From Klebsormidium nitens (taxonomy: Eukaryota; Plantae; Klebsormidiophyceae): a stretch of 64,000 nucleotides of DNA. Under the pieces are notes generated by a model, which had not been told where the DNA came from, searched no databases, and was given only the letters and a program-made list of their open reading frames with translations. The translations under genes were made by a program, and so were the position numbers. Where the stretch lies: contig DF237363.1 of assembly GCA_000708835.1 (NCBI GenBank), positions 1-64,000 of the forward strand, in the 5' to 3' direction. Positions 21,950 to 32,700 of this stretch are shown here, piece after piece; the first letter of the stretch is position 1; each line of letters starts with the position of its first letter.

Positions 21950-24290
21950 TGTAATCGCTTGCACGAGTCAATATGCACGGGCTTTCAAGCTTTAATGTAT
22001 AGTCAATGGGTGCAATTTGACTGCCGACCATGCCCCCGAGTCACTCGTTCTGGCATGTTGTAGTGAAAAGCTCACGTGAGTCAATATGCACGCTTTTGGA
22101 GGTTTGATGTATAGTCGATTGGTGCAACTTGACTGCTGACCATACCCGAGACTTTTTGGCATGTAGGAATCGAGTAGAATTGCGCGGGCTTTGAAGCGAG
22201 TCTACTATATAGTCGATGGGTGCAAATTGACTGCCGACCATGCCCGAGACTGTCTGGCATATTCTGGCAACGTAGTGGATAGCTCACGCGAGTCAATATG
22301 CACGCTTTTGGATGACTGATGTATAGTCAATTGGTGCAAATTGACTGCCGACCATGCCTGGGACCTTTCCTGGCACGTTGTAGTTAACAGCAGAAACAAG
22401 TTAAAATGCATGGGCTTTCAAGCTCTGATGCATAGTCAATTGGTGCAAATTGACGGGCAACCATGTCCGGGACCTTTCCTGGCACGTTGTAGTTGATAGC
22501 AGAAGCGAGTAGAAATGCACGGGTTTTGAAGCTCTGATGTATAGTCAAAGGGTGCAAATTGCCTGACGACCATGGCCGAGACTTTCTGGCATGTTGTAGT
22601 AGATATAGCTCACGCAAGTCAATATGCACGCTTTTAGAGGTCTGATGTATAGTCAATGGATGCAGATTGACTGACGACCATGGCCGAGACTTTCTGGCAT
22701 GTTGTAGTAGATATAGCTCACGCAAGTCAATATGCACGCTTTCAGAGGTCTGATGTATAGTCAATTGGTGCATATTGATTGCCGACCATACCCGAGACTG
22801 TCTGGGCATGTTGTAGTTGATAGTCTATGCGGGTCAATACATGCACGCTTTGGAGGCCNNNNNNNNNNNNNNNNNNNNNNNNNNNNNNNNNNNNNNNNNN
22901 NNNNNNNNNNNNNNNNNNNNNNNNNNNNNNNNNNNNNNNNNNNNNNNNNNNNNNNNNNNNNNNNNNNNNNNNNNNNNNNNNNNNNNNNNNNNNNNNNNNN
23001 NNNNNNNNNNNNNNNNNNNNNNNNNNNNNNNNNNNNNNNNNNNNNNNNNNNNNNNNNNNNNNNNNNNNNNNNNNNNNNNNNNNNNNNNNNNNNNNNNNNN
23101 NNNNNNNNNNNNNNNNNNNNNNNNNNNNNNNNNNNNNNNNNNNNNNNNNNNNNNNNNNNNNNNNNNNNNNNNNNNNNNNNNNNNNNNNNNNNNNNNNNNN
23201 NNNNNNNNNNNNNNNNNNNNNNNNNNNNNNNNNNNNNNNNNNNNNNNNNNNNNNNNNNNNNNNNNNNNNNNNNNNNNNNNNNNNNNNNNNNNNNNNNNNN
23301 NNNNNNNNNNNNNNNNNNNNNNNNNNNNNNNNNNNNNNNNNNNNNNNNNNNNNNNNNNNNNNNNNNNNNNNNNNNNNNNNNNNNNNNNNNNNNNNNNNNN
23401 NNNNNNNNNNNNNNNTAAACGTGCACGGGCTTTGAAGCTTTAATGTATAGTCAATGGGTGCAGATTGACTGACGACCATGGCCGAGACTTTCTGGCATGT
23501 TGTAGTAGATATAACTCATGCAAGTCAATATGCACGCTTTCAAGGGTCTGGTGTATAGTCAATTGGTGCAAATAGACTGCCGACCATACCTGAGACTTTC
23601 TGAACATGTTGTAGTTGATAGATCATGCGAGTCAATACATGCACGCTTTGGAGGTCGATTTGATGTATAGTCAATTAGTGCAAATAGACCGCCGACCATG
23701 CCCGAGATTTTGAAGCGTTGTACTTGATAGCAGGGACGAGTGAAAATGCACGTGGCTTGATCTAATGTATAGTCGATTGGTGCAAATTGACTGCCAACCA
23801 TGCCCGAGACTTTCTGGCACGTTGTATATACTAGCAAAGACGAGTAAACGTGCACGGACTTTGAAGCTTTAATGTATAGTCAATGGGTGCAAATTGACTG
23901 TCAACCATGCCCAAGACTTTTTGGCATGTTCAATGTAGTGGATAGCTCATGCGAGCCAATATGCATGCTTTTGGAGGTCTGATGTATAGCCCACTGGTGC
24001 AAATTGACTGCCGACCATGCCCGAGATTTGTTGGCACGTTGGAGTTAATAGCAGAGACGAGTCAAAATGCACGGGCTTCAAAGCTTAGATGTATGGTCAA
24101 TGGGTGCAGATTGACTGCTGACCATGCCAAAGACTTTCCAACTGGGCACGTTGTGATTGATAGCAGACATGATGGCAAAACGCACGGACTTCGAAACTAT
24201 AATGTATAGTCAATGGGTGCAGATTGGCTGTCGACCATTGCCATAACGGAGACTTTCTGGCGCGTTGTGATTGATAGCAAAAAATTGGCA
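21950..24290 (+). repeat. Large tandem array of ~106-113 bp hairpin repeats (at least 17 visible units plus an N gap), two subtypes
   Basis: Units at ~21967, 22080, 22174, 22292, 22400, 22509, 22618, 22726 and 22833, and about 8 after the gap. Consensus GAGTCAATATGCAC-~30 nt-GTGCAAATTGACTG-CCGACCATGCCCGAGACTTTCTGGCA(C/T)GTTGTAGTTGATAGC. Confidence 0.95.
22859..23415. other. Assembly gap (N run) inside the hairpin array
   Basis: Run of N flanked by repeat units on both sides. Confidence 1.
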
Positions 24291-24349
24291 TTTCGTCTAA
24301 GCAATCAGCAAATTTTTGCTCGGACATAATAAGTTGGTTGAATTTGCGA

Positions 24350-24862
24350 ATGGACACAATCATCCGTTATCCACCAAAAGACCGAGTTGCCATTAATGAC
24401 ATGGACGAAAAGGTCTACAAGTCAGTGAGGTCTGCTATCACGCGGTGCTATATTGAGTTTGGTTGTATGCACACTTACCTTGATATCGGATCCTTGGCCG
24501 GCTTGCGAGCCTTGACTCACCCCTATAACCTCTCCCATATCACCCGGAAAGTTGTGAGATCCTTAATTGCAGAAGGATTTCACGCTTTTTGGGACAAGTC
24601 TCACCTACACAGCAGCTCAACGTACACAATCTTTGTCGATTGGAGACGTGCATTGAAGTACGCCCAGAATGGGGAAAAGGCGGCCCGCCACCGGTCTCAA
24701 AACGTATGCGTAGATAACTCTGAGCGGAGAAGGGGCCTTTCAAGCCGTCTTGAGAACGTGGCAGCCGGCAGAAGCACCGATGACTCGGAGACAGAGAATG
24801 TCGAAGTGCCCTTCTTGGAAATGCTCGCGAATCCATCGAAGCGGCCGTCTTCACCGGAATAA
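24350..24862 (+). CDS. Hypothetical protein (~170 aa) of the virus-like element
   Basis: Intronless ORF MDTIIRYPPKD... with protein-like composition; no motif recognised. Confidence 0.5.
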   Translation: MDTIIRYPPKDRVAINDMDEKVYKSVRSAITRCYIEFGCMHTYLDIGSLAGLRALTHPYNLSHITRKVVRSLIAEGFHAFWDKSHLHSSSTYTIFVDWRRALKYAQNGEKAARHRSQNVCVDNSERRRGLSSRLENVAAGRSTDDSETENVEVPFLEMLANPSKRPSSPE

Positions 24863-25153
24863 CTAGAGAATGTGCACTTTTAAAGAAATGGATGGCCGTG
24901 ATAGGCTTGATAAAGAAAAGATGTACAGCCATATTCACGTTTTCTAGCTTAGTCACATTTGCCTGCAAATGTGATGTTTGATAACTTTTTGAACATGGGT
25001 GCTACAACCTTTTCTGGACTGGAAAACATGCAAGAGCATTCAAGGAACTCAGAAAGTGCAGAAAATTCCGAACAGCCATATTCACTTATCTGAGGGCCTG
25101 ATCTCGTTTGGTGGTCAGATATATTTTCCAAGATTATGTGAGATAAAGAGGTC

Positions 25154-26212
25154 ATGGATCGAAAAGGGAACGAACGTTCTGTAACCGTTCCAAGGACGCT
25201 CGAGTTGCTTGAAGCGGTTTTTGACGACGGCTCTAGAAAAGCAATAACGGTGAAGCAGTACGTAGCACATGTTAGCCGTCTCTACAAGGGAATGTTTGGC
25301 CCAGAGGCGGAAATCTCTAATTTTGATTGGCTTAGAGATGCAACAAAAGTGATTAATTACTTTGCCAACACGTATCCAGACAAGCTATCGATGCAAGCAA
25401 CGGGCCTGACCCCGCTCCTCATTGTTGTGAAGAAGGAGTTTCCAAAAGACAACGAGCTATATCAAGCGCTCTATAGAAGGTACCAAGAGGTTCGAGAACT
25501 GATGGACAAAGCACGTCCTCCGCCTCAAGTGATGACCGAATCCGAGTTCCGAAATTGGAAGACAGTCTCGCAGATCAATGAGCGTCGCGTGGAGCTGCAG
25601 AGGAAGGTTAACCGCAACATTTTAACCAAGTCTCCCGGACAATTAACAACGGGAGACAAGGTAATCTTGATTCGCTATTTGGTGCTTTGTTTGTACAGTC
25701 AGAGCCCCACGTTGCGAAATGATTACTCCAACCTGCCAATCATACGTTTTGAGGAAATGCACGCGCCTTCGGCAAAAGCCCTGATGAGCGGGGGCGGCAA
25801 CTATCTTCTGGAGCATTCAAAGGGCCAATATAGGATCGTCTTGAAAGAATACAAGACTTCAAAAGCCTACGGAGAGCAGAAGATCGACCTCCCATTGCGC
25901 ACATGCAATGTGATTGCGGAGAGTCTACAGATCTTTCCCAGAAAGTACCTTCTGAGCCGGATGCGCACACCGGATGAACCAATGAGCCGCAATTACCTTA
26001 CAAAGTTCTGCTCCCAAATTTTTGAAGATGCGAGGGTGGGCACATGTCTTCTCAGGAAAATCTGCGTCTCGACTGCAATGAAAGATGCACCCAGCATTGT
26101 TGATCGGGAGGAGCTTGCAAAGAAGATGCTCCACTCGAGCACCATGCAGATGTACACCTATGAGAAAAAGTACAATCCAGACGGGTCGAGGATCCAATTT
26201 GCTGATGCTTAA
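25154..26212 (+). CDS. Tyrosine recombinase/integrase, virophage/PLV (OLV11-like) type, 352 aa
   Basis: LYSQSPTLRNDY (catalytic R), KEYKTSKAYG (catalytic K), LLRKICVS (second R), LAKKMLHS (H) and MQMYTY (Tyr nucleophile). The ORF is intact. Confidence 0.85.
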   Translation: MDRKGNERSVTVPRTLELLEAVFDDGSRKAITVKQYVAHVSRLYKGMFGPEAEISNFDWLRDATKVINYFANTYPDKLSMQATGLTPLLIVVKKEFPKDNELYQALYRRYQEVRELMDKARPPPQVMTESEFRNWKTVSQINERRVELQRKVNRNILTKSPGQLTTGDKVILIRYLVLCLYSQSPTLRNDYSNLPIIRFEEMHAPSAKALMSGGGNYLLEHSKGQYRIVLKEYKTSKAYGEQKIDLPLRTCNVIAESLQIFPRKYLLSRMRTPDEPMSRNYLTKFCSQIFEDARVGTCLLRKICVSTAMKDAPSIVDREELAKKMLHSSTMQMYTYEKKYNPDGSRIQFADA

Positions 26213-26263
26213 GCCTCGATGTACCTTTCGCAAGTTGAGCATAGTTGCGGCGTATGAGGAGAT

Positions 26264-26599
26264 TCAGCAGGCCTCACCGACCATATACGACGAGATCTCT
26301 CCCGAAACGTGATCATCGGCAACGGATGGCAAGATTGCGGCTGGCGGTATTAAATATCCTGCCTTTTTCAGCCTCTCGAGAGTCTGATTGTGAAACTTCT
26401 TGGTATGGCCTGCAATATAACGCGCATACGCTCTTTGCATCAGAATCCTTTCTTGATTGCGGCCATAATAGGCCCTCACGTGCGCTTTGTGCCTCTCTGG
26501 ATGCATTTGCTGGTGACGTCTATGGTTTGTGCAAGCGCGGCATGGACATGGTCGGGTGTAGTCCTCAAAGCTACCAGCATCTTCAAAGGCCATGGACAT
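26264..26599 (-). CDS. Small basic protein with a CxCxxC motif and a viral-type RAYYxRNxERI helix
   Basis: MSMAFEDAG...CPCRAC...HVRAYYGRNQERILMQRAYARY; divergent from the primase ATG across ~100 bp and convergent with the recombinase. Confidence 0.5.
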   Translation of the reverse strand: MSMAFEDAGSFEDYTRPCPCRACTNHRRHQQMHPERHKAHVRAYYGRNQERILMQRAYARYIAGHTKKFHNQTLERLKKAGYLIPPAAILPSVADDHVSGEISSYMVGEAC

Positions 26600-26700
26600 T
26601 GTCCCTATGTTATTGCTAGGAAAAAAAGCTCGCCGTTCAACCGCAGAAAACAACAAGGTGCGTTCGGATCCATTGGTTTTTTTCTGATGATCATGACAGA

Positions 26701-29467
26701 ATGGCTGCACCAGGCCACCAGCACGCTATTGTCGATCCCAAGGCCTCGATCAAAAGTATTAGAGATGAGATCCAACGGCTTTGCGACAGAGGGCTATATG
26801 CAATTCCCGTACACCTCAGCTGGGATGCAAAGCAGGCCAGGAAGATTGCAGTGTTTCCCCCTACATACAAACATATCACGACCCCAGAGCTGTGGGGGGA
26901 TTCTATCAATGACGCACTGAAGCAGATAAGGCAAGACGCCAATGCGATAGGAATCCTCTGTGGCCCCAGTGGTATCTTTGCAATCGATGTAGATGTGGCC
27001 AGTACAAAACAAAAACGAGCGGGAATGGAGCTCTGGCGCAAGCTTGTCGAGAAGCACGGTGATCCTCAGACTCTCAAAGCAAAGACGGGCTCGGGTGGAC
27101 TTCATCTGTATTTTAGGGCAGACTCGCCGGGTCTAACGCAAACCAAAAATTTTGCAACAATCTTGGTGGATAGCATCGTATATGCACTGGATGGCCGAGG
27201 TGTTGGAGGTTGCGTCTTTGTTCCACCTTCAAGCTACATTGATGGCCAGGGCAGGCTTGCAGAATATGAGTGGATCAATGGGCCCCCAAGCTATGAAGCC
27301 TGTCAAAACATGCCCGAGTGGTTGGTGCAATTGACAAATAATCATGATAGTGACAACCCAGTGACGGACGTGGAGGACAAAATACAGGTGAATTGGGGTT
27401 TAGAAGACAGCGCATTAAACTGCAAACAAAGTGTTTCGTCGATTAAGACCACACCAATTCAAGCAAGACCGTCCCCAGACCTGCGCAACGCAGTTGCATT
27501 GCCGAGATTAAAGCATACAATCCAGGAGATTGAGAGGCTCTTGCGTGATCAAATGCCAAATGATATGAGCATCTTCAACGGTGTGGGAGAAAAAACTTCA
27601 AATGGGTGGCAGATTCTCAAGTTTAAAACCAACGGTGTGCGCACTTGCTTGAATGGCCACCAACACGTCTCAAATCAGTTCAGCATTCTGAGCAACGGGG
27701 GCATACTCGTATATCGTTGTTTGAGTGCCGAATGCATTGACAAGCCCAAGCGATTGTTGAGCATCTATTTTTGGCCTGAGTGCCTTCCTCTTAGAGCCGA
27801 AGGGGGGCTCTTTATAGCTTGCGAACGCTACGTGCTCTCTTTTGAGCCATCCACAGGCAATGGCAACGAAATAGAAAACAAAAAAAAAGATGGCACTGAA
27901 CGGTCAAAGAAAGCCAAATTGGATCTGCAAGATCTTGTATTGCGCATCATGAACCACTAATTTGCCGTCGTCCGCTCAACAAAGGCTGTCTATCTCGAGA
28001 CAATCTACTCAAAGGATGCCAACGGTTGGCTTCAGCCTGAGGAGACCATTGACCGGTCCGGCCGCGACTTCCTAGAGGTATGCAGGAACTTCCAGCTCCA
28101 AAGCCTGCCGGGAAAGAGCAAGGAGATTGCCAAATTTTGGGAGAGCAGCTCTAAACGGCGGGAGTATGATCAGATTGTGTTTGAACCGGACACATCAAAG
28201 GTGTCTTTGCGGCAATTCAACATGTTCTGCGGATTAAACTTCCAACCAGTCGACCGCAAACTTTCAACACCGGAGCTTCTACAATGCAAGGAACGGATGC
28301 CGAAGCTCTTATGGCACATCCGCCACATTTTATGTGATGGCTCGGATGAGCGGTTTGACTACAATATTCGGTGGATTGCGCATTGCGTTCAGAGGCCTTG
28401 GAGAAAGATTCAAGTGGCCCTTGTCTTTCGCGGACCCCAAGGGTGCGGCAAGTCAATATTGTTTGACTTCCTTGGAACCATGATCATTGGCATAAAAAAC
28501 TACTTGTATTGCAATGAGATTGAAAAGATCATTGGCAAGTTTAATTCTTTGGGTGCCAACAAGCTTCTCATTGTCTTTGACGAGGCGGGAAACTGGGGAG
28601 GAGCGTACAGAATGAATGATCGGATGAAGTCTCTAATAACGCAAGAAACGACGTGCTTGGAGCGAAAAGGAAGAGACCCGATCACCGTGCAAGATAAGAG
28701 CAATATCGTGTTCACGACAAATAATGCATGGCCGGTGAAACGAGAGGCTGATGATCGACGGTACTCTTGCCAAGAATGCTCCGGTACCAAGGTGGGAGAC
28801 AAACGGTACTTTGATGAGCTTTTGGAAGAGTTGCGGAATCCAGACATTGCTTTCAATTTCCACCAATACCTATCGTCTCTTGACCTCTCTAAGTGGGATC
28901 CTCGAAGAATTCCACTTACGGCGTGGGGAGAGGGTCTCAAGGATCACTCAATTCCATCACATGTGATGATGATGCAAGCGCTGCTTGAGAATGGATGCTT
29001 TCATCCTTCTTTGGAGACGTGGGTAGCATCAAACGACATTAAGCGGACGTATGATAAAGTTTTGCTGCAGATGGACATCAAAGAAGATCGCCAAACGAAC
29101 CTAAACTTACGTCTTGGTGAGCTCTCTAAGCGCCATTTTCAAGATGCGGCCGCAAGCGCGCAGCATTCAACATATACGAACGCACAAGGGCTGGTACTTC
29201 CCTCCACAAGACGCCATATGCGAGGCACTTCATGTTGGAAAGTTGCGAAGTACAACCGTGGAGTGGCTCGGCATATGGGAGCGGGTTGAGTACATCGAGG
29301 ACGAGCAAGGGCCATGGATTGCGGAAAGAAGGGATGACAATAAAGAGGTGCAATTGTCTGAAAAGGACCGCGTGTGCACGCATTGCTCAGACAGTCATGT
29401 GTGTGAGGGATGGAAGGAGCTCCGAGATGAGAAATTGTTGCGTTTCAAAACCCAATGGGTGTCATAG
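26701..29467 (+). pseudogene. Bifunctional Prim-Pol primase/polymerase, Zn finger and D5-like SF3 helicase fusion, disrupted
   Basis: NAIGILCG..FAIDVD, KTGSGGLHLYF, DGRGVGGCVFVPPS and MPEWL (Prim-Pol); CLNGHQHVSN..YRCLSAEC; Walker A GPQGCGKS, Walker B LIVFDE, motif C FTTN. A TAA at 27958-27960 is followed by an open in-frame continuation (FAVVRSTK...) into ORF 28177. A frameshift near 29110-29140 leads into ...RTHKGWYFPPQDAICEAL. Confidence 0.85.
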
Positions 29468-29753
29468 AGGTTCCACATGGCTTGTTACCTTTTCATTACC
29501 CACACACACACACACATACACACATGACTATACCCATGAACAAACCCGCAAGACACATAGTCTATTACCCTATTACCGTATTACCTATGGTATCTTGCAA
29601 TACCACTTTCTTGCGAGAGCACCACATGACAAAAAAACATATGAAACATGTAAGATTTGAATGAGTGGGTAATAAGGTAACGCGTAATACAGAGTTTTTA
29701 TCTGGGGCCAACTCCCCTTTGAGTGGGAACCAAAAGCACGGCGAATGTTTCAA

Positions 29754-32700
29754 TTATTGTTGCAACAATCGAGTTCGCACCCCAGCCGTCCACACGGCTG
29801 CTGCTATTGCAATTGCAAGCTTGGAATCGTCGACCCTCTTGAGCGTCTGGTTGTAGCCGCCGAGGAGCAGAGGCAATATGACCATGAAACTTTCGAGCCC
29901 CGAGTACCAACCTAGACTCCTGAACCCCTTCAGAAAGGAGTTCACCGACTCCACTGCACTAGTGTTCACCCAGTGAAGGAACGGGTAGGTGTCCGGGCAA
30001 TTCGAGGGACCACACTTGTGTACCTCCTGGCCAGCCTTTGAGAAGTGAAATCTGTAAAACATGAAGATATACATCAATCCTGAGATGAGAATCGATGTAC
30101 AACATTTCAAATTAACATTCACAGCTTTGGAGCCGCTCTGTCCAACTCCAGAATGAATCCCAATGTACACGCAACGGCAGATGACCACAACTCCACTCAA
30201 TGTTATGCAACAAAGCCCACGGCTAGAGGCAGCTCTTTACACAGATTGTCCAGCCATGCAATTATGTGAAAGCACGCACCTGTCGACGACGAATCGAACC
30301 TTGGCAAAATGCGCCCCTTCCCGCCGCATGCAGTAGTTGCGCAAGGCACAACCATTGTCGTGAACCACGACCTCTGGCAAGTCCTCCCGCCTCAGCCGAG
30401 TGTAGAGCACAACAAACGCGTCCCTTGGGCTCTCTCCGCGTAGCATCACGTGGAAGCCATAGATGCACCTGTGGGGGCACGCGAACACATAGCCCCCCCT
30501 GCTCCTCTTTGGCCGCTTACTGGCACTTCCCTTCTTCCCCGAGAGCTTTCCGGCCCCTTTCACCAATCCGGGAACATTCTCAACGTCCCACTCCGTCATC
30601 GACTTCCCCGTTGCGCACTTGTTCTCCTCCGAGCTTCTACTGCGGCCGCCCGGATGCTCGAAGCTGCTATACCAGGGCAATCCCCGTTTCTGCTCCCATC
30701 CGGGAAACGAGTAGCACGCCAGGGCGTCCTGTTCGGCTCGGAAGGCATGCCCCGTTGGCAGCGGGTGAAGCTCTTCCCCGTTCTCATCTTGCCCCAGCCT
30801 CTCTCTCAGAAGCGAGCGCTCATGAGCGCTCATGTCCTCCCATTGCTGGGGGCTTGGCTCCAACCTTTCGACCCCTGGCAGCAATTTGTTTGCCAGCCCG
30901 CGCGCCTCGTCCAACTGCCGTCGCTCCTCGATGCTAAGGGGACGTGCTCGAGCCTTCGTAAGAAGGTTGACAGCTCGGTTAAAGGGGTCGAGCGCCTCGT
31001 GCACCCAGCCGCGCCGCCCATCGGCATCGAAACCCGTTGCACCCCTTAAAAAGACGGTGATGAGGTAGAGATGGTAGAGGGTGCGCGTGGAGAAGGCCGG
31101 AAACGTGAGGCCGCCGTACGCGTCTAGGATGCGTCGCAAGATGGGCGCGTCCCTTGCCAAGTCTCGCCTGTCCTCGAGAGTTGCCTCGCTCCCCAGCAAA
31201 AGCCTCCGGATCACGTGCAATGCGCCAGGTCCGATCAGATCCTCGTCGCTGTCATGCGCGCCCAGGCAATAGAGGATTTCCGTCCACTCTCCAACCCAGT
31301 GCTGCCACAGGTCTGGGCTCAACCCTCGCCTCTCAAAGTCACCCTGGATCCCCGTCAGCAACTTGAAGACGGCCAGGTTCCGGTCTCGCACCATCGTGCG
31401 CTGCTCAGTAAGCATGCGCCGTCTGCCGTCCTCGGGAAGCGACCTCTCCGCCTCATCCGGCCCGAAACGCTTCACGGTCTGGGGGTCCTCGTGAGCCAGC
31501 CCGTTCAGGAGCGCATTGAACTCCGTCTTTGACAACCTCTCCCCGAGCTTTCCGTCCCGCGGCCTGTGTTGAGAGAGGCGTGCAAGCGCTTCTCGCAACT
31601 CGGGTAGCAGCAAGAGCTTGCGCTTCAAGCCGCCTCCTCGGAGACTTGCCCCGCAGTAGTCGCGACCGGAGATGGGCCGCTTCTCAAGGAGCTCCCCCGC
31701 AGAGGTGCGGCTAGGATGGCAAAACGTCCTTCACGCGTCAAGCAAAGAGCTCCCAAGACCCCCCGGCTTCTGCGCGCCGTCCGCGCTGGCTAAGCCCACT
31801 ATGCCGTCGCAGATGAGCACCTTGAAGAGGAGTGAGTAAACGAGTATGAGTCAACGGGTATGTAGAGCGGATATTGGATCAAAAGTGCATGACACATGAT
31901 CGACCACTCAATTAGGAGATTGAAATCTCAATGAATGTCGATTGAATATTGTTGAATCTACACGCATTGATGTCATTGGGTGTGCACTCACTATCAGCAA
32001 ATGTACACTGATTGTGAAAGAATGTACACTCATCATCGTCAGACATCGACATCGCTACGGTCACAAAATTGGACAGACAGCAAAGACAGGACAGACAGAA
32101 GAATCTTGTGACCGCCAGCCATGTGGCTCACATTTGGATGTGGTCCACAGAGCGAGCAGCAATCCCGAAGCCCCAGCCCAACCAGCTTGAAGAAGTCGAG
32201 GCTCGCCCGACGCCACGTCTCCTCGCTCAGAACCGCCGCGGTTGGGGTGTACTCGAACGCGGCCTGATCGCGCGCGAGCACGGCTCTGAAAGATTGGCCG
32301 CTTTGCATGCCTCGCAGGAGGAGCTGAAGGCTTTGTTGATGAAAAAGCGTACGTTTTGACCAGACGTAGAGCCCGAAATGCTCCCCGTCAAAGTGGACGG
32401 CATGGGCCCGGTCCAGGCACGAACAATGGTACAGCCGTACTCGCACCTTCTTGCTCCACGCCGACGCCTCAACGGTGGCCTCTACCCAGGCCTCCACCCA
32501 TTGAGTTCCGCAAGGGGGTGCTTCAATTGGGCAAGGGGCGCTCAGGAGGCCGCGTCGGGAGAGCTCGGCAAAGTGGCAGTCTCTGAGCTCGCTCAGGGGC
32601 ACGGGGGATTGGAGGCACGTGACCAGAGGGTCGTGGACAGTTGAGGCGTCGCTGGGCCTTGCCAACTTTGGTTTGGAAACCTGAATGGCTTCCGTAGTCA

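Larger units (their letters stand above)
24300..29690. mobile_element. Compact, intronless virus-like or integrative element (tyrosine recombinase, primase-helicase and two small ORFs), related to Polinton-like virus/virophage gene modules
   Basis: Four densely packed intronless ORFs, visibly more AT-rich than flanking exons, abutting the hairpin array. Boundaries are approximate and no att or TSD site was identified. Confidence 0.7.

Noticed and set aside
21950-24290. CRISPR array interpretation of the palindromic repeats
   Set aside because: The whole ~108 bp unit, including the spacer, is repeated. There are no unique spacers, no cas genes, and the context is eukaryotic.
8043-24290. Helitron or Polinton/Maverick classification of the large element
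   Set aside because: I recognised no HUH Rep, Pif1 helicase, protein-primed PolB, retroviral-type integrase or capsid motifs.
21950-26212. Integron (attC array plus integrase)
   Set aside because: No RYYYAAC/GTTRRRY cores, no gene cassettes between repeats, and the recombinase looks PLV/virophage-type rather than IntI.
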